From: a virus
Length of the DNA: 60,544 nucleotides
IMG/VR virus record: IMGVR_UViG_3300027908_000020
Location: 1 to 60,544 of that record
Direction: 5' to 3' (one strand)
In this document: piece by piece, positions 1 through 8,923 of the stretch
Layout of the letters: each line of letters starts with the position of its first letter
Position numbering within the stretch: position 1 is the stretch's first letter
Translations under genes and position numbers: made by a program
Notes under the pieces: generated by a model
What the model saw: only the letters and a program-made list of their open reading frames with translations
Database searches by the model: none
What the model was told of the DNA's origin: nothing

Positions 1-37
1 AAATCCAAATCCAAATCCAAATCCAAATCCAAATCCA
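1..37 (+). repeat. (AAATCC)6 tandem repeat, encoding (Asn-Pro)6 in frame 2
   Basis: Six direct copies of AAATCC, truncated by the window edge. Confidence 0.9.
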
Positions 38-220
38 AAAACAAAAAGCTATATTTATATTTCAAATTTAGATGATATCATAGATAACAATTGTCCCAAG
101 AAGAAAGTATTCTTAAATAGAATTAAATTATTTGTAGTTGAACAAATACATAAATATAGTTTATCGATTGATGACTCACAATGTGACCATGAAATCTCTA
201 AATTACTGTTGTTGAGGTAA
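2..220 (+). CDS. 3' part of hypothetical protein (5'-truncated)
   Basis: Frame 2 is open from the window start (NPNPNP...KTKSYIY...KLLLLR) to TAA at 218-220, two nt before the rmlA start. Confidence 0.7.
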   Translation, partial: NPNPNPNPNPNPKTKSYIYISNLDDIIDNNCPKKKVFLNRIKLFVVEQIHKYSLSIDDSQCDHEISKLLLLR

Positions 221-222
221 GC

Positions 223-981
223 ATGAAAAAGGCCATACTACTTGCTGGCGGTACCGGTTCAAGACTACTTCCGTTTACAAAACTTATCAATAAGCATTTG
301 ATGCCAATTATCGATAAACCAATAATAGATTATCCTATCAATACATTGGTAGGGATGGGTGTTAAATACTTAACTGTAGTTCTTGGTGGTGCCAATTTTG
401 CACAAGTGGTGAATTATTTAGAAAATGGATCCAAATTTGGATTAAACATCAACTATGTTTTTCAGGGTGAGCCAAAAGGTATAGCAGAAGCTATTAATTT
501 GTGTCAGCCATATGTAGAAGATGAGGAAGCTTTCGCTGTGATCCTTGGGGACAATTTGTATACCAAGCCTATTAACTGGCCAACATTAGGCGGACCAGGA
601 GGGCATGATCCGTTCTCCGCAAAAATAACGCTCTATAGACATCCAGATTTATATAGGTTTGGTGTAGCATCTATTGACCAAACTAGAAAGATCGTTAGAA
701 TAGAGGAGAAGCCAAAGACTCTGGACGAGAGCTTAGAGAATTATGCTATTACAGGCTGTTATCAATTTAATAGAGATTATTTTAATTACTACAAAAACTT
801 AAAACTTAGCGCTCGTGGTGAGTACGAGATTGTTGATATTATTACACAGTATCTTAAAAATGGCGATTTACAATATTTTATTATTGATGGTTGCTGGTCT
901 GACGCCGGAACGTTTGAGTCCATTGAAGAAGTCAGAACTATGCTAAAATACCTTACTCCAGTTAAAAATGGAAATACATAA
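223..981 (+). CDS. rmlA: Glucose-1-phosphate thymidylyltransferase (RmlA-like sugar-phosphate nucleotidyltransferase)
   Basis: LAGGTGSRLLPFT, NKHLMPI, QGEPKGIAEA, LGDN, IEEKP, SARGEYEI, WSDAGT. Confidence 0.9.
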   Translation: MKKAILLAGGTGSRLLPFTKLINKHLMPIIDKPIIDYPINTLVGMGVKYLTVVLGGANFAQVVNYLENGSKFGLNINYVFQGEPKGIAEAINLCQPYVEDEEAFAVILGDNLYTKPINWPTLGGPGGHDPFSAKITLYRHPDLYRFGVASIDQTRKIVRIEEKPKTLDESLENYAITGCYQFNRDYFNYYKNLKLSARGEYEIVDIITQYLKNGDLQYFIIDGCWSDAGTFESIEEVRTMLKYLTPVKNGNT

Positions 982-1642
982 AACAATTAAAGATGATACT
1001 TTTAAGTTATCGTTAAATGATTCATATTCAGAATATTTTTCAAAAGCCCTTGGGTTTGCGACCAAATATTATAAAGAAGATATGGAGCGCATCTCATCGA
1101 CCAAGTTTGATGAATTGATGCCAGAATTTTTCTTCCGAGAGTATTGCTGGGTAGTCTGCACTAGTGGTTTTAATGCCAAGATAGTCAGTCGGTTCTTTCC
1201 TGAACTGATGGTAGTGGTGCGCCCATTGTTTAATGTAGTAGAATTCAATACAAAAGATGTTAACGCGCTTGACATTGCTATTAAGGCATCGGAGTTAATT
1301 AACAACAAAAGAAAAATAAAAGCTATTATAGACAGTGCATTCAAAATTGGCGAAAGTATAAATGAAACTGGATGGCTGATATATAGAAATACGAAACTAA
1401 ATACGCCAGATAAACTCGAAGAATTGCCGTTCATTGGACCTATAACACGCTACCATTTAGCAAGAAATATTGGCTTATTAGATTGTGTTAAGCCCGATTT
1501 ACATTTGAATCGTGCCGCGGAAAATTGGGGTTTCCAGAATCCGTTGGAACTATGTCAAGCAATTAAAACGAAATATAATATTCCATTAGGAATTATTGAT
1601 TTGGTTTTATGGTATGCATTGTCATCATTTGGAAGTAAATAA
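968..1642 (+). CDS. HhH-superfamily DNA glycosylase-like protein
   Basis: Helix-hairpin-helix LEELPFIGPITRYHLARNIG followed by KPDLHL; upstream SGF and NKRKIKAII motifs. Confidence 0.6.
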   Translation: MEIHKTIKDDTFKLSLNDSYSEYFSKALGFATKYYKEDMERISSTKFDELMPEFFFREYCWVVCTSGFNAKIVSRFFPELMVVVRPLFNVVEFNTKDVNALDIAIKASELINNKRKIKAIIDSAFKIGESINETGWLIYRNTKLNTPDKLEELPFIGPITRYHLARNIGLLDCVKPDLHLNRAAENWGFQNPLELCQAIKTKYNIPLGIIDLVLWYALSSFGSK

Positions 1643-1665
1643 AGACCATAGAAATTTGGAACAAA

Positions 1666-2328
1666 ATGAATACGATGATGAAATCTAAAATTGCTAGCTA
1701 TATTGATGAATACAAAATTTGTAAAATCTGTGGGGCTCCAAACACGTATATTGTTACCAAGCACAAACAAGGTATCAAGAAGCCACGTGGAACAAAAAAT
1801 AATATCTCTATTCAAAATGAAAAAGTATTCATCACCGAAGAGGGTCCATACAAAATTTGGATCTCTGATGAGATTTTAGATATACAAAATAGCATCTATA
1901 CAATCAATGCCGTTAAAGATTATATTTTTGACCAAGTAATTTTCAGACTAGGATTAGTTTGTTCACGTTGTACACTACCTGATAAAGATGGTGATGACAG
2001 GGATGATGGTCTTAGTCCCAAGAAATCAATTAAAATGTTAACTCAATCGGATGACGATGAGGGCAAGTATTCTGATACAGAACCAGCGTTTCACTATGAA
2101 GCAGTATTTTTTGTAGATGTGGACCAAAAAACTCAAAATATCACCAGTGTAGTAATATCTAGTGAGTGGTTAGAGAATGATGAATTTTCAATAAACAAAA
2201 ATTATGCATTAAGTAGTACAAAGGTTATTAAAAAACAGCGGTCAATTCGATTGCCATTCATATATGATAAAGATTTCAAAGATTTCGATTTTACTAAATT
2301 ATTAGCTATTTCAAATTTATTAAAGTAA
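1666..2328 (+). CDS. Hypothetical protein with two CxxC pairs
   Basis: 220-aa ORF; CKIC and CSRC. Confidence 0.6.
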   Translation: MNTMMKSKIASYIDEYKICKICGAPNTYIVTKHKQGIKKPRGTKNNISIQNEKVFITEEGPYKIWISDEILDIQNSIYTINAVKDYIFDQVIFRLGLVCSRCTLPDKDGDDRDDGLSPKKSIKMLTQSDDDEGKYSDTEPAFHYEAVFFVDVDQKTQNITSVVISSEWLENDEFSINKNYALSSTKVIKKQRSIRLPFIYDKDFKDFDFTKLLAISNLLK

Positions 2329-3194
2329 TGAAAACAGTAGTATTAGGAAAAGGCTATATTAGCGAGCATTTGCCATATATAAAATATGTAAATGCCATAA
2401 CACCGGATCCAGATTTTATCAAAAAAGCAGTTATTGATAAACATCATCCAGACGTCATTATTAATTGTATTGGAAGGACTGGCTCTCCAAACGTGGACTG
2501 GTGTGAGTCCAGCAAGGCCGAAACAGCATACGCCAACACACAGATTCCCATTGCATTGGCAGATGCAACTAAGAGAGCCGGAGTTAGACTAATTCATTTG
2601 GGCTCCGGCTGTATTTATTGTGGCAAATCTCCGCATGGAGATCGGGTGAAACACACCAAAGTTCAGGGCAATGTAATAAAACATCAGTTCCTGGATTCTG
2701 GCTGGAAAGAAACGGATTATGCAAATCCAAAATCATACTATGCTATGACTAAGTACGCAGCTGATTTAGCTATCGCACCAATGGATCATACAACAATTCT
2801 TAGATTGCGTATGCCAATCAGCGCTGATCCTAGCCCCAGAAATTTAATTACTAAACTTATCTCCTATAAAAAAGTTCTCGAGGAGCCAAATTCCGTAACG
2901 TTTATGCATGACTTAGTTCGTGCTATTGACTGGGTTATCAAAAACAATAAGACTGGTATATACAATGTTACGAGTTCTATGCCGATAACTCATAGTATGA
3001 TCTTAGAAGAGTATAAAAAGTACGTACCCACACACACGTATGAAAGTATTACTGAAGAAGAATTAAGCCAGTTAGTTGTTTCACCACGTTCTAATTGTAT
3101 ATTGAACAATAATAAAATTATATCAGAAGGATTTGAATTTACACCTACTATGACATCTATAAATATGTGTGTAGAAGGGTTTGTAAAAATTTAG
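2328..3194 (+). CDS. dTDP-4-dehydrorhamnose reductase-like SDR (RmlD / NRS-ER type)
   Basis: GKGYI, CIGRTGSPNVDWCES, GSGCIY, YAMTK (YxxxK), LRLRMPI, PRNLITKL, PRSNCIL. Confidence 0.85.
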   Translation: MKTVVLGKGYISEHLPYIKYVNAITPDPDFIKKAVIDKHHPDVIINCIGRTGSPNVDWCESSKAETAYANTQIPIALADATKRAGVRLIHLGSGCIYCGKSPHGDRVKHTKVQGNVIKHQFLDSGWKETDYANPKSYYAMTKYAADLAIAPMDHTTILRLRMPISADPSPRNLITKLISYKKVLEEPNSVTFMHDLVRAIDWVIKNNKTGIYNVTSSMPITHSMILEEYKKYVPTHTYESITEEELSQLVVSPRSNCILNNNKIISEGFEFTPTMTSINMCVEGFVKI

Positions 3195-3202
3195 GAGAAA
3201 TT

Positions 3203-3427
3203 ATGAGTGATGGAAGAATTCATTTAGAACTTGAACCAAGGTTGGATGACTTTGGAAAAAAGTATTACGTAGCCAAGCTAAAGGGCCCATTTTTAATTGA
3301 TTGCAGTGAAAAAGCCGGTGGATCTGGTGGCGTTGCATTTATGATTTTCGTTTCTGAAGAAGGTAATGAGGAGCTGCAGATTTCTCAAATAACTGGCCCA
3401 AAGAGAGACCGAGATGAGCGAAAATAA
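3203..3427 (+). CDS. Hypothetical protein
   Basis: AGGAG SD before ATG 3203. Confidence 0.6.
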   Translation: MSDGRIHLELEPRLDDFGKKYYVAKLKGPFLIDCSEKAGGSGGVAFMIFVSEEGNEELQISQITGPKRDRDERK

Positions 3428-3701
3428 AATAAAACATTTCGAAACGCTTTGGGAGGAGGCAGAAAAGCTGTCAAGCGGAATGTACAAAGATATGCCAACT
3501 GACGAACTTATTAAATTTGTTAATGATTTACTAACAGGTTATAGCGAAGCTAGCCAAATAGAATCAAAAGAAATATCTGATTCCCTCAAAAATAAGCAAA
3601 TAGGCGAAATAGTATTTATTCTAACTGCATTGTCTCTTAGGGACAATATTAATGTGTATGCGGCATTGCAGGAGCAATGTGTGCTCCGTAATATCGGTTA
3701 A
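3414..3701 (+). CDS. MazG-like (degenerate) all-alpha NTP pyrophosphohydrolase
   Basis: QIGEIVFILTALS...INVYAALQ resembles the MazG ELGDxLF...IDxExAL pattern; acidic residues are partly missing. Confidence 0.4.
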   Translation: MSENKIKHFETLWEEAEKLSSGMYKDMPTDELIKFVNDLLTGYSEASQIESKEISDSLKNKQIGEIVFILTALSLRDNINVYAALQEQCVLRNIG

Positions 3702-4534
3702 CGCTGTACCGAAGGTAAAGCCTTAGCTGGTGGCATTGAAAATCCAACGGCAATCATACTATTTTTCATATTCTCTGGAAGCACCTGCAAAGCATTAGCT
3801 TTGAAGTTGTTTTCCATTTTTTGTTGTAGTTCGGGCGCTATAGCTTTTGGCAATTTGGCATTAGCCATAATTTTTGGTGGTACGCTAGCCGTATCAATAT
3901 GAACAGTGATATCTCTTTCATTGTACTGCCCTTGTACATAGCTAAGCACTATTGCGTTCCACGTAGTTTGTAATTTGCTCAATAGGTCTTGTGGCACGGC
4001 GACTAGGCCTGCGCTGGCAGGAGCCGATTGTGCTTTCTTAAATCTTTTTAGCAAGTTTACTCTTGCTGCCATTTTACTATTCATCTCATCTTCTCCAGAA
4101 GCTGTTATTGCTTGCTTTAACAAGTACACTGCACCTTCGCGATTACTTGCAATCGCCATTATCATATCATCGAGACCAAGAGTCATCTTGCCCTCGTCCT
4201 TAATAGTATTGTAAAATTTCTCAGAGAAATCTAAAAACTTCTTTTCAATCTTGAGCGAGCCCTCGATCGGATCTCCAGAAGCAAAGTTTCCCATTATTTT
4301 ACCAATCATCTGGGCTTGTAAGTTCAAATCTAGTACATCGGTACCAAAAAGTCCCGTGAACTTTTCTGCTGCCAAATCTGCATCCTCAGTGGCCGATTTG
4401 TATATTCTTTCAAATAGCAAATGATTACCGTAGAAATTCTTACCCTTGGTTATCCAGTGATGATTTTGGTGAACTAAATAAATAGAGCGGATCAACGCTA
4501 CATAATAACAACAAAGCTCTTCTACTCTCTCCAT
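3698..4534 (-). CDS. Dps/ferritin-like protein with long C-terminal extension
   Basis: HQNHHWITKGKNFYGNHLLFERIY...DLAAEK matches the Dps HWxxxGxxFxxxHxxFE...DxxAER pattern. Confidence 0.8.
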   Translation of the reverse strand: MERVEELCCYYVALIRSIYLVHQNHHWITKGKNFYGNHLLFERIYKSATEDADLAAEKFTGLFGTDVLDLNLQAQMIGKIMGNFASGDPIEGSLKIEKKFLDFSEKFYNTIKDEGKMTLGLDDMIMAIASNREGAVYLLKQAITASGEDEMNSKMAARVNLLKRFKKAQSAPASAGLVAVPQDLLSKLQTTWNAIVLSYVQGQYNERDITVHIDTASVPPKIMANAKLPKAIAPELQQKMENNFKANALQVLPENMKNSMIAVGFSMPPAKALPSVQR

Positions 4535-4568
4535 ATTAACCCTATAAAATTATAGGTTAATATTGATA

Positions 4569-5084
4569 TTAGAGCTTTACGATGGTATTTGCGCTGCGGC
4601 CATCAAGTTTATGCAGGTGCCGATGGTTTATGCTAGCTGCATAATTATAGTATATGACATCCTCCGGGGCGTCGTGGGATGTTAAAACATATCCAAATCT
4701 CCCATCGTACTTTCTAGTCCAATCGTCTTCTGCTTTGGGCCTAATATTTTTTAGAGACATTCCATCAAGAATAGGACAGTTTGTGATTATGTATTTGCTG
4801 AAATTAGTCATTTCAGCCTCAAAATATTTATTTCTGATTAATAAACTAGCTAATATCGTATATTTAGGGTTCTTACTATTCTCAATAGCAAACCTAAAAT
4901 CCTCTAATCTTGGAATGAAAATATGTGATTTTATAAAGTCTGTTAAGTTAACTAGTGAAAAATCTGTATAATCTATTTTAGATAGGAAAACTAATGTACT
5001 ATCTGGCTCCGAAAATTCTAATAGTTTATTATCCTGAATTGCATTATTATCGGCGATTGCTACGTAAACGGTTTGGAAGTTCAT
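4569..5084 (-). CDS. Hypothetical protein
   Basis: 171-aa ORF, co-oriented with the Dps-like gene. Confidence 0.6.
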   Translation of the reverse strand: MNFQTVYVAIADNNAIQDNKLLEFSEPDSTLVFLSKIDYTDFSLVNLTDFIKSHIFIPRLEDFRFAIENSKNPKYTILASLLIRNKYFEAEMTNFSKYIITNCPILDGMSLKNIRPKAEDDWTRKYDGRFGYVLTSHDAPEDVIYYNYAASINHRHLHKLDGRSANTIVKL

Positions 5085-5205
5085 CTGACTTTAGGTTGAT
5101 CTGGCGATGCGAAACTTGTCGTCAAATCTTACGGGGGAAAGAACCTATGGAGATAGGGGGAAGATTCTCTGTGTGTCCCCCTAGGGCGGTGATATATGTC
5201 TAGCT

Positions 5206-5511
5206 ATGGCAACTTCATCTGACAGATTGAAAGCCACCCTAAATCAAGAATTTCCTATTTCTCTCAAAGAGATTGAGCCTCTGATTGTAAGAGTGCACGA
5301 TAGATATCCATATTTAAGCAGTTATGAAATTACAATGATTGTCAAAACATTTTTTGAAACTATGCGTTATCTACTGTTAGTTGGTGAAACCATATCTTTG
5401 AATAGGTTAGCTTCGAATATCAAATTACTTAGTTTTAGTAAAATCATTAATGATAAGCGAGTATCAGCGACTAAAATAAAGTTAACGACCCCAAGAAAAA
5501 TGAAGAAATGA
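5206..5511 (+). CDS. HU/IHF-like DNA-binding protein (divergent)
   Basis: LSSYEITMIVKTFFETMRYLLLVGETISL resembles IHF-beta helix 2 and strand 1; basic C-terminus. Confidence 0.55.
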   Translation: MATSSDRLKATLNQEFPISLKEIEPLIVRVHDRYPYLSSYEITMIVKTFFETMRYLLLVGETISLNRLASNIKLLSFSKIINDKRVSATKIKLTTPRKMKK

Positions 5512-5789
5512 TAAATAGTAAAGAAGATTTAACAGAATTCAAAACTAAACTCCAGGATGCTGCAAACGAAAAACTTTGTGAAATAATCGTCGCAAGTAAG
5601 TATCTAGGAATTATGAAAGAACAGGCCATCCTATGCATGGAAGAACTTGCAAGACGTCGAGCTAATGGAGATGTATTTGATTTCGAAAAACGTATCGAAG
5701 AAATGCATGAAAGTTTGCCAAAATATAAAATTAACATAAAAGAAATTCTGGCCCCATCAATGAATAAAATATTTGGAATCTTTAAATGA
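5508..5789 (+). CDS. Hypothetical protein
   Basis: ORF with ATGA overlaps on both sides. Confidence 0.65.
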   Translation: MINSKEDLTEFKTKLQDAANEKLCEIIVASKYLGIMKEQAILCMEELARRRANGDVFDFEKRIEEMHESLPKYKINIKEILAPSMNKIFGIFK

Positions 5790-6289
5790 ATCTAAAACTT
5801 CAAAAAGAAATTATTCATCATATCCTGCAAAAGCTTGGTTTATTTTTGGCCGGAGGCGTGCAGCCAGGGTTTGTTGCTAATTTGATAGATAATAACTATT
5901 TAACCAATAAGAAAATAGGGTTTGAGAACGAAGATAACAAGAAATATGAGAATCCTATTTGGGCCGCTACAACAAAGTTAGAGCCAGCAAAGGTCAAGGT
6001 TTTGATTGCAGATACTCATGAAGATATAGAAGAATACACAATAATATTTCAGATGGACATATTACCTGCGTATGCCCTTAGGCTATCTGCTGATGACAAT
6101 GATTTTGGAACACTCTTCGTTAACGTAAAAGATGACAAATGGATTCAGGCATCAATTGCAGTCCAGGCAAAATTTCTTTTTGGTATAGAAGGCCTTTCCG
6201 AAATCCCATTGACATGGGAGCGACTTGACGATTTTAAGGATATGTATAAACTTTTAATTCAGTTTTTGAATTTCTATGAACGTGAGTAA
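5786..6289 (+). CDS. Hypothetical protein
   Basis: 167-aa ORF in an operon-like run. Confidence 0.65.
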   Translation: MNLKLQKEIIHHILQKLGLFLAGGVQPGFVANLIDNNYLTNKKIGFENEDNKKYENPIWAATTKLEPAKVKVLIADTHEDIEEYTIIFQMDILPAYALRLSADDNDFGTLFVNVKDDKWIQASIAVQAKFLFGIEGLSEIPLTWERLDDFKDMYKLLIQFLNFYERE

Positions 6290-6294
6290 GACTA

Positions 6295-6744
6295 ATGCGT
6301 GGTAAAAGTATTGACACAGAATTTGTTGGAACATTTATTCAGGATTGTATAAAACAAGAAAAAACGACTCCGCCGGAAATTTGTGATGAGGCGATTCGTC
6401 AAATAAGTGTTATTGACGAGCAGCTCAAAATGCGAACCAAACTCACTGACGTTTTGAGTCATTTTAACTATAAGAAAAAGATTTCTGAAGCAAAGAAAGA
6501 ACTTTTATCATTTGATAGGATAGATAAATCTATTTGCAATGATATCTTTTCCTTGGTGAATGATGAGCCAGTAGCGATGGAAAATATCATGGCAACCTTT
6601 GCTAAATTTAATGATAAGTATAGACAAGATATTATCTTTACATTCAAGCAATTGCTTGAAGTCAAAGTGTTAAATCGCACAACGGAGAATGCCATTACAA
6701 GGGGTGAGTTATTTAACGATTTCAATGAATCAAAGATACAATAA
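6295..6744 (+). CDS. Hypothetical protein
   Basis: 149-aa ORF in an operon-like run. Confidence 0.65.
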   Translation: MRGKSIDTEFVGTFIQDCIKQEKTTPPEICDEAIRQISVIDEQLKMRTKLTDVLSHFNYKKKISEAKKELLSFDRIDKSICNDIFSLVNDEPVAMENIMATFAKFNDKYRQDIIFTFKQLLEVKVLNRTTENAITRGELFNDFNESKIQ

Positions 6745-7048
6745 AAGAAAATTATGGACTTTACTGATTAAAGAATTAAATCATTTTGTACATAGCTCTC
6801 ACATATATTCTGTGTTAAATATTCTTATTGAAGAAATGATTAGTGATTTGGTATCTGGTAAGAATATTAAAATAATTAATTTTGGTTCCTTTTCTCTTAA
6901 AGAACTCAAACCCAGAAGATATCTTGATCTTGCAACTAGACGATTTAAGATATCGGGCCCATCTAAAGCCTTGAGATTTAAAATCTCTAGAAATATTTCA
7001 AAATTTATCAATTCGGAGAAGATATGCGACAACGAGCAAGACCAATAA
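6725..7048 (+). CDS. HU/IHF family DNA-binding protein
   Basis: LVSGKNIKIINFGSFSLKELKPRRYLDLAT...LRFKIS matches the HU GxxVxxxxFGxF...R..RNPxT...FKxS pattern; start chosen at ATG 6725. Confidence 0.8.
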   Translation: MNQRYNKRKLWTLLIKELNHFVHSSHIYSVLNILIEEMISDLVSGKNIKIINFGSFSLKELKPRRYLDLATRRFKISGPSKALRFKISRNISKFINSEKICDNEQDQ

Positions 7049-7419
7049 TTTTCGTTTGTAGTTCTGTTACGGTGGGCAACGAGCTTTTGTCCAAAATGGT
7101 AGAAGCGAAAAATATTGATGAAGCCTATTCACTTTTTGAACAAGAAAATGGCATAAAACCACAAATAGTGCTGGGTCCTTTCTATAAAAAAAGAACTGCT
7201 GTTCTAGATAAAAATTGCAATGTACAATTTAAACCAAATCAAAGCACACGAGGAATTCATAATGGGTGGCATGTGACAGTGATACCGCTATCTAATCCGC
7301 CTGATTCAGTTTATCTTTTATATGATAGAAGAGTAGATGGACAAAAAATTCCGAAACCGAATCTGAATATAGTAAAAATAAAGGAGCTTGAATCAAATGA
7401 GAAAAATATTTTTGAATAA
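7024..7419 (+). CDS. Hypothetical protein
   Basis: 131-aa ORF. Confidence 0.6.
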   Translation: MRQRARPIIFVCSSVTVGNELLSKMVEAKNIDEAYSLFEQENGIKPQIVLGPFYKKRTAVLDKNCNVQFKPNQSTRGIHNGWHVTVIPLSNPPDSVYLLYDRRVDGQKIPKPNLNIVKIKELESNEKNIFE

Positions 7420-7750
7420 GATTAAGAGGATGCTTGAAGATGAGCGATCTGAAATAATTAATCGTACTAAACAAAGCTCTAACCTAGATATAGATATTGA
7501 TGGTGATGAGACAGACGAGATCCAAGGGAAAATATTAGCTCTCACTAATAATCAATTAATAGCTAGAGATAAAGAAAAATTGGTACGAATCGAAAATGCT
7601 TTTAGAAAAATTGCAGATGGTAGCTTTGGCGTATGTGAAGAGTGCAGTGATGAGATCTCTGAAAAACGTTTATTAGTAAATCCTGGGTTCATAACTTGTA
7701 TAAGTTGCGCCGAACGAATAGAGATGATGGAGAAGAGAAACAGGAGATAA
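7397..7750 (+). CDS. dksA: DksA/TraR family C4 zinc-finger transcription factor
   Basis: Coiled coil with acidic tip GDETD; IENAFRKIADGSFGVCEEC...ISEKRL...P...CISC; AAGGAG SD. Confidence 0.85.
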   Translation: MRKIFLNKIKRMLEDERSEIINRTKQSSNLDIDIDGDETDEIQGKILALTNNQLIARDKEKLVRIENAFRKIADGSFGVCEECSDEISEKRLLVNPGFITCISCAERIEMMEKRNRR

Positions 7751-7751
7751 T

Positions 7752-8336
7752 GTGAATACAATAATTACTGAGAAAACTGACGATGGCGAAGTTTCTTATG
7801 ATGTTTTTAGTAAACTTGTAGATCACAGAATATTATTTCTTTATGAATACATAGATGATAAAACTGCTGCCGATGTAGTTGCAACACTGTTGTACTTGGA
7901 TCGAGACAAAGAGCAAATTTCTCTCTATATTAATTCTGAGGGCGGTGATCCAAGAAGCGTTTTTATGATCTATGATATAATGAAAATGCTTAAATCTCCA
8001 ATTGCGACCTATTGTATTGGTTCGGCAATGTATGAATCATTATTAATTCTTGCAGCCGGTACTAAAGGGTTAAGACATGCTACAAAGAGTTCGACAATTT
8101 GTTTAAGCCAACTCGTTGTTGGAGATCATAGATACTCTAATATGTCCGATGCCGAAATCCTTTTACAACAAGCAAAAAGAAGCAATCTATCTTTTATAGA
8201 TGCATTGAGTTCTAACACGGGGAAGTCTACTAAAAAGTTAATGAAGGATTCTGAAAGACAGCTTTTCTTATCCGCAGCTGAAGCTAAAAAATATGGGTTT
8301 ATAGACAATATTATAGGGCCTAGCAAAGATGACTAA
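7752..8336 (+). CDS. ClpP-family subunit lacking the catalytic triad (ClpR-like)
   Basis: YDVFSKL..RILFL, LYINSEGG, AEAKKYGFID; catalytic Ser->Tyr (GSAMYE), His->Ser (CLSQ), Asp->Gln (ERQ). Confidence 0.8.
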   Translation: MNTIITEKTDDGEVSYDVFSKLVDHRILFLYEYIDDKTAADVVATLLYLDRDKEQISLYINSEGGDPRSVFMIYDIMKMLKSPIATYCIGSAMYESLLILAAGTKGLRHATKSSTICLSQLVVGDHRYSNMSDAEILLQQAKRSNLSFIDALSSNTGKSTKKLMKDSERQLFLSAAEAKKYGFIDNIIGPSKDD

Positions 8337-8889
8337 TAATAATCAGATACTCCCAAAGTATACAGAATGCTATGCTGCTCTGGCGAAAGAGCGCATGATT
8401 TTTATATCGGAAGATATTACCAAGGATACAGCATCATCACTATCTGGAATGTTATTATATTATGATTCAGAGAATGATGTAGATGATATTAGTATATATA
8501 TTAATACTAATGGTGGGGATACTCACGCTCTATCAAATATCTATGATGTTATGCAAATGATTAAGTCCCCAATAAAGACTATTTGCATAGGTAAAGCATA
8601 TTCTGCAGGTGCTGTAGTTTTAGCGGCAGGTACAAAAGGGAAGAGGTTTATCACAAAAAATGCTTCGGTTATGACCCATGGTATTCAATTTGCTTTCCCT
8701 AGTTCTCCTGACCAGAGAGATTCTGAAATTTATTTTAAATATTTAAAGGATCATAATGATATGATCCTTACAATTTTAGCCAAACATACGGGTCAAACTA
8801 TCGAAAAAATTCTTGAAGATTGTAAAAAAGATAATTATTTTGATGCCAAACAAGCATTAGAATATGGAATTGTAGACGAAATTATATAG
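8329..8889 (+). CDS. clpP: ATP-dependent Clp protease proteolytic subunit
   Basis: IYINTNGG, GKAYSAG (Ser), VMTHG (His), KKDNYF (Asp), ALEYGIVDEI. Confidence 0.9.
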   Translation: MTNNNQILPKYTECYAALAKERMIFISEDITKDTASSLSGMLLYYDSENDVDDISIYINTNGGDTHALSNIYDVMQMIKSPIKTICIGKAYSAGAVVLAAGTKGKRFITKNASVMTHGIQFAFPSSPDQRDSEIYFKYLKDHNDMILTILAKHTGQTIEKILEDCKKDNYFDAKQALEYGIVDEII

Positions 8890-8923
8890 TATTATTATAT
8901 AATAATCTGGCATTTGTTTCGAT

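Noticed and set aside
1-37. Telomere-like or iteron repeat
   Set aside because: It lies in an open frame encoding an Asn-Pro linker and is cut by the window edge
4994-5203. 69-aa plus-strand ORF
   Set aside because: It overlaps the minus-strand gene head-on, has no SD or motif, and crosses a structured intergenic region
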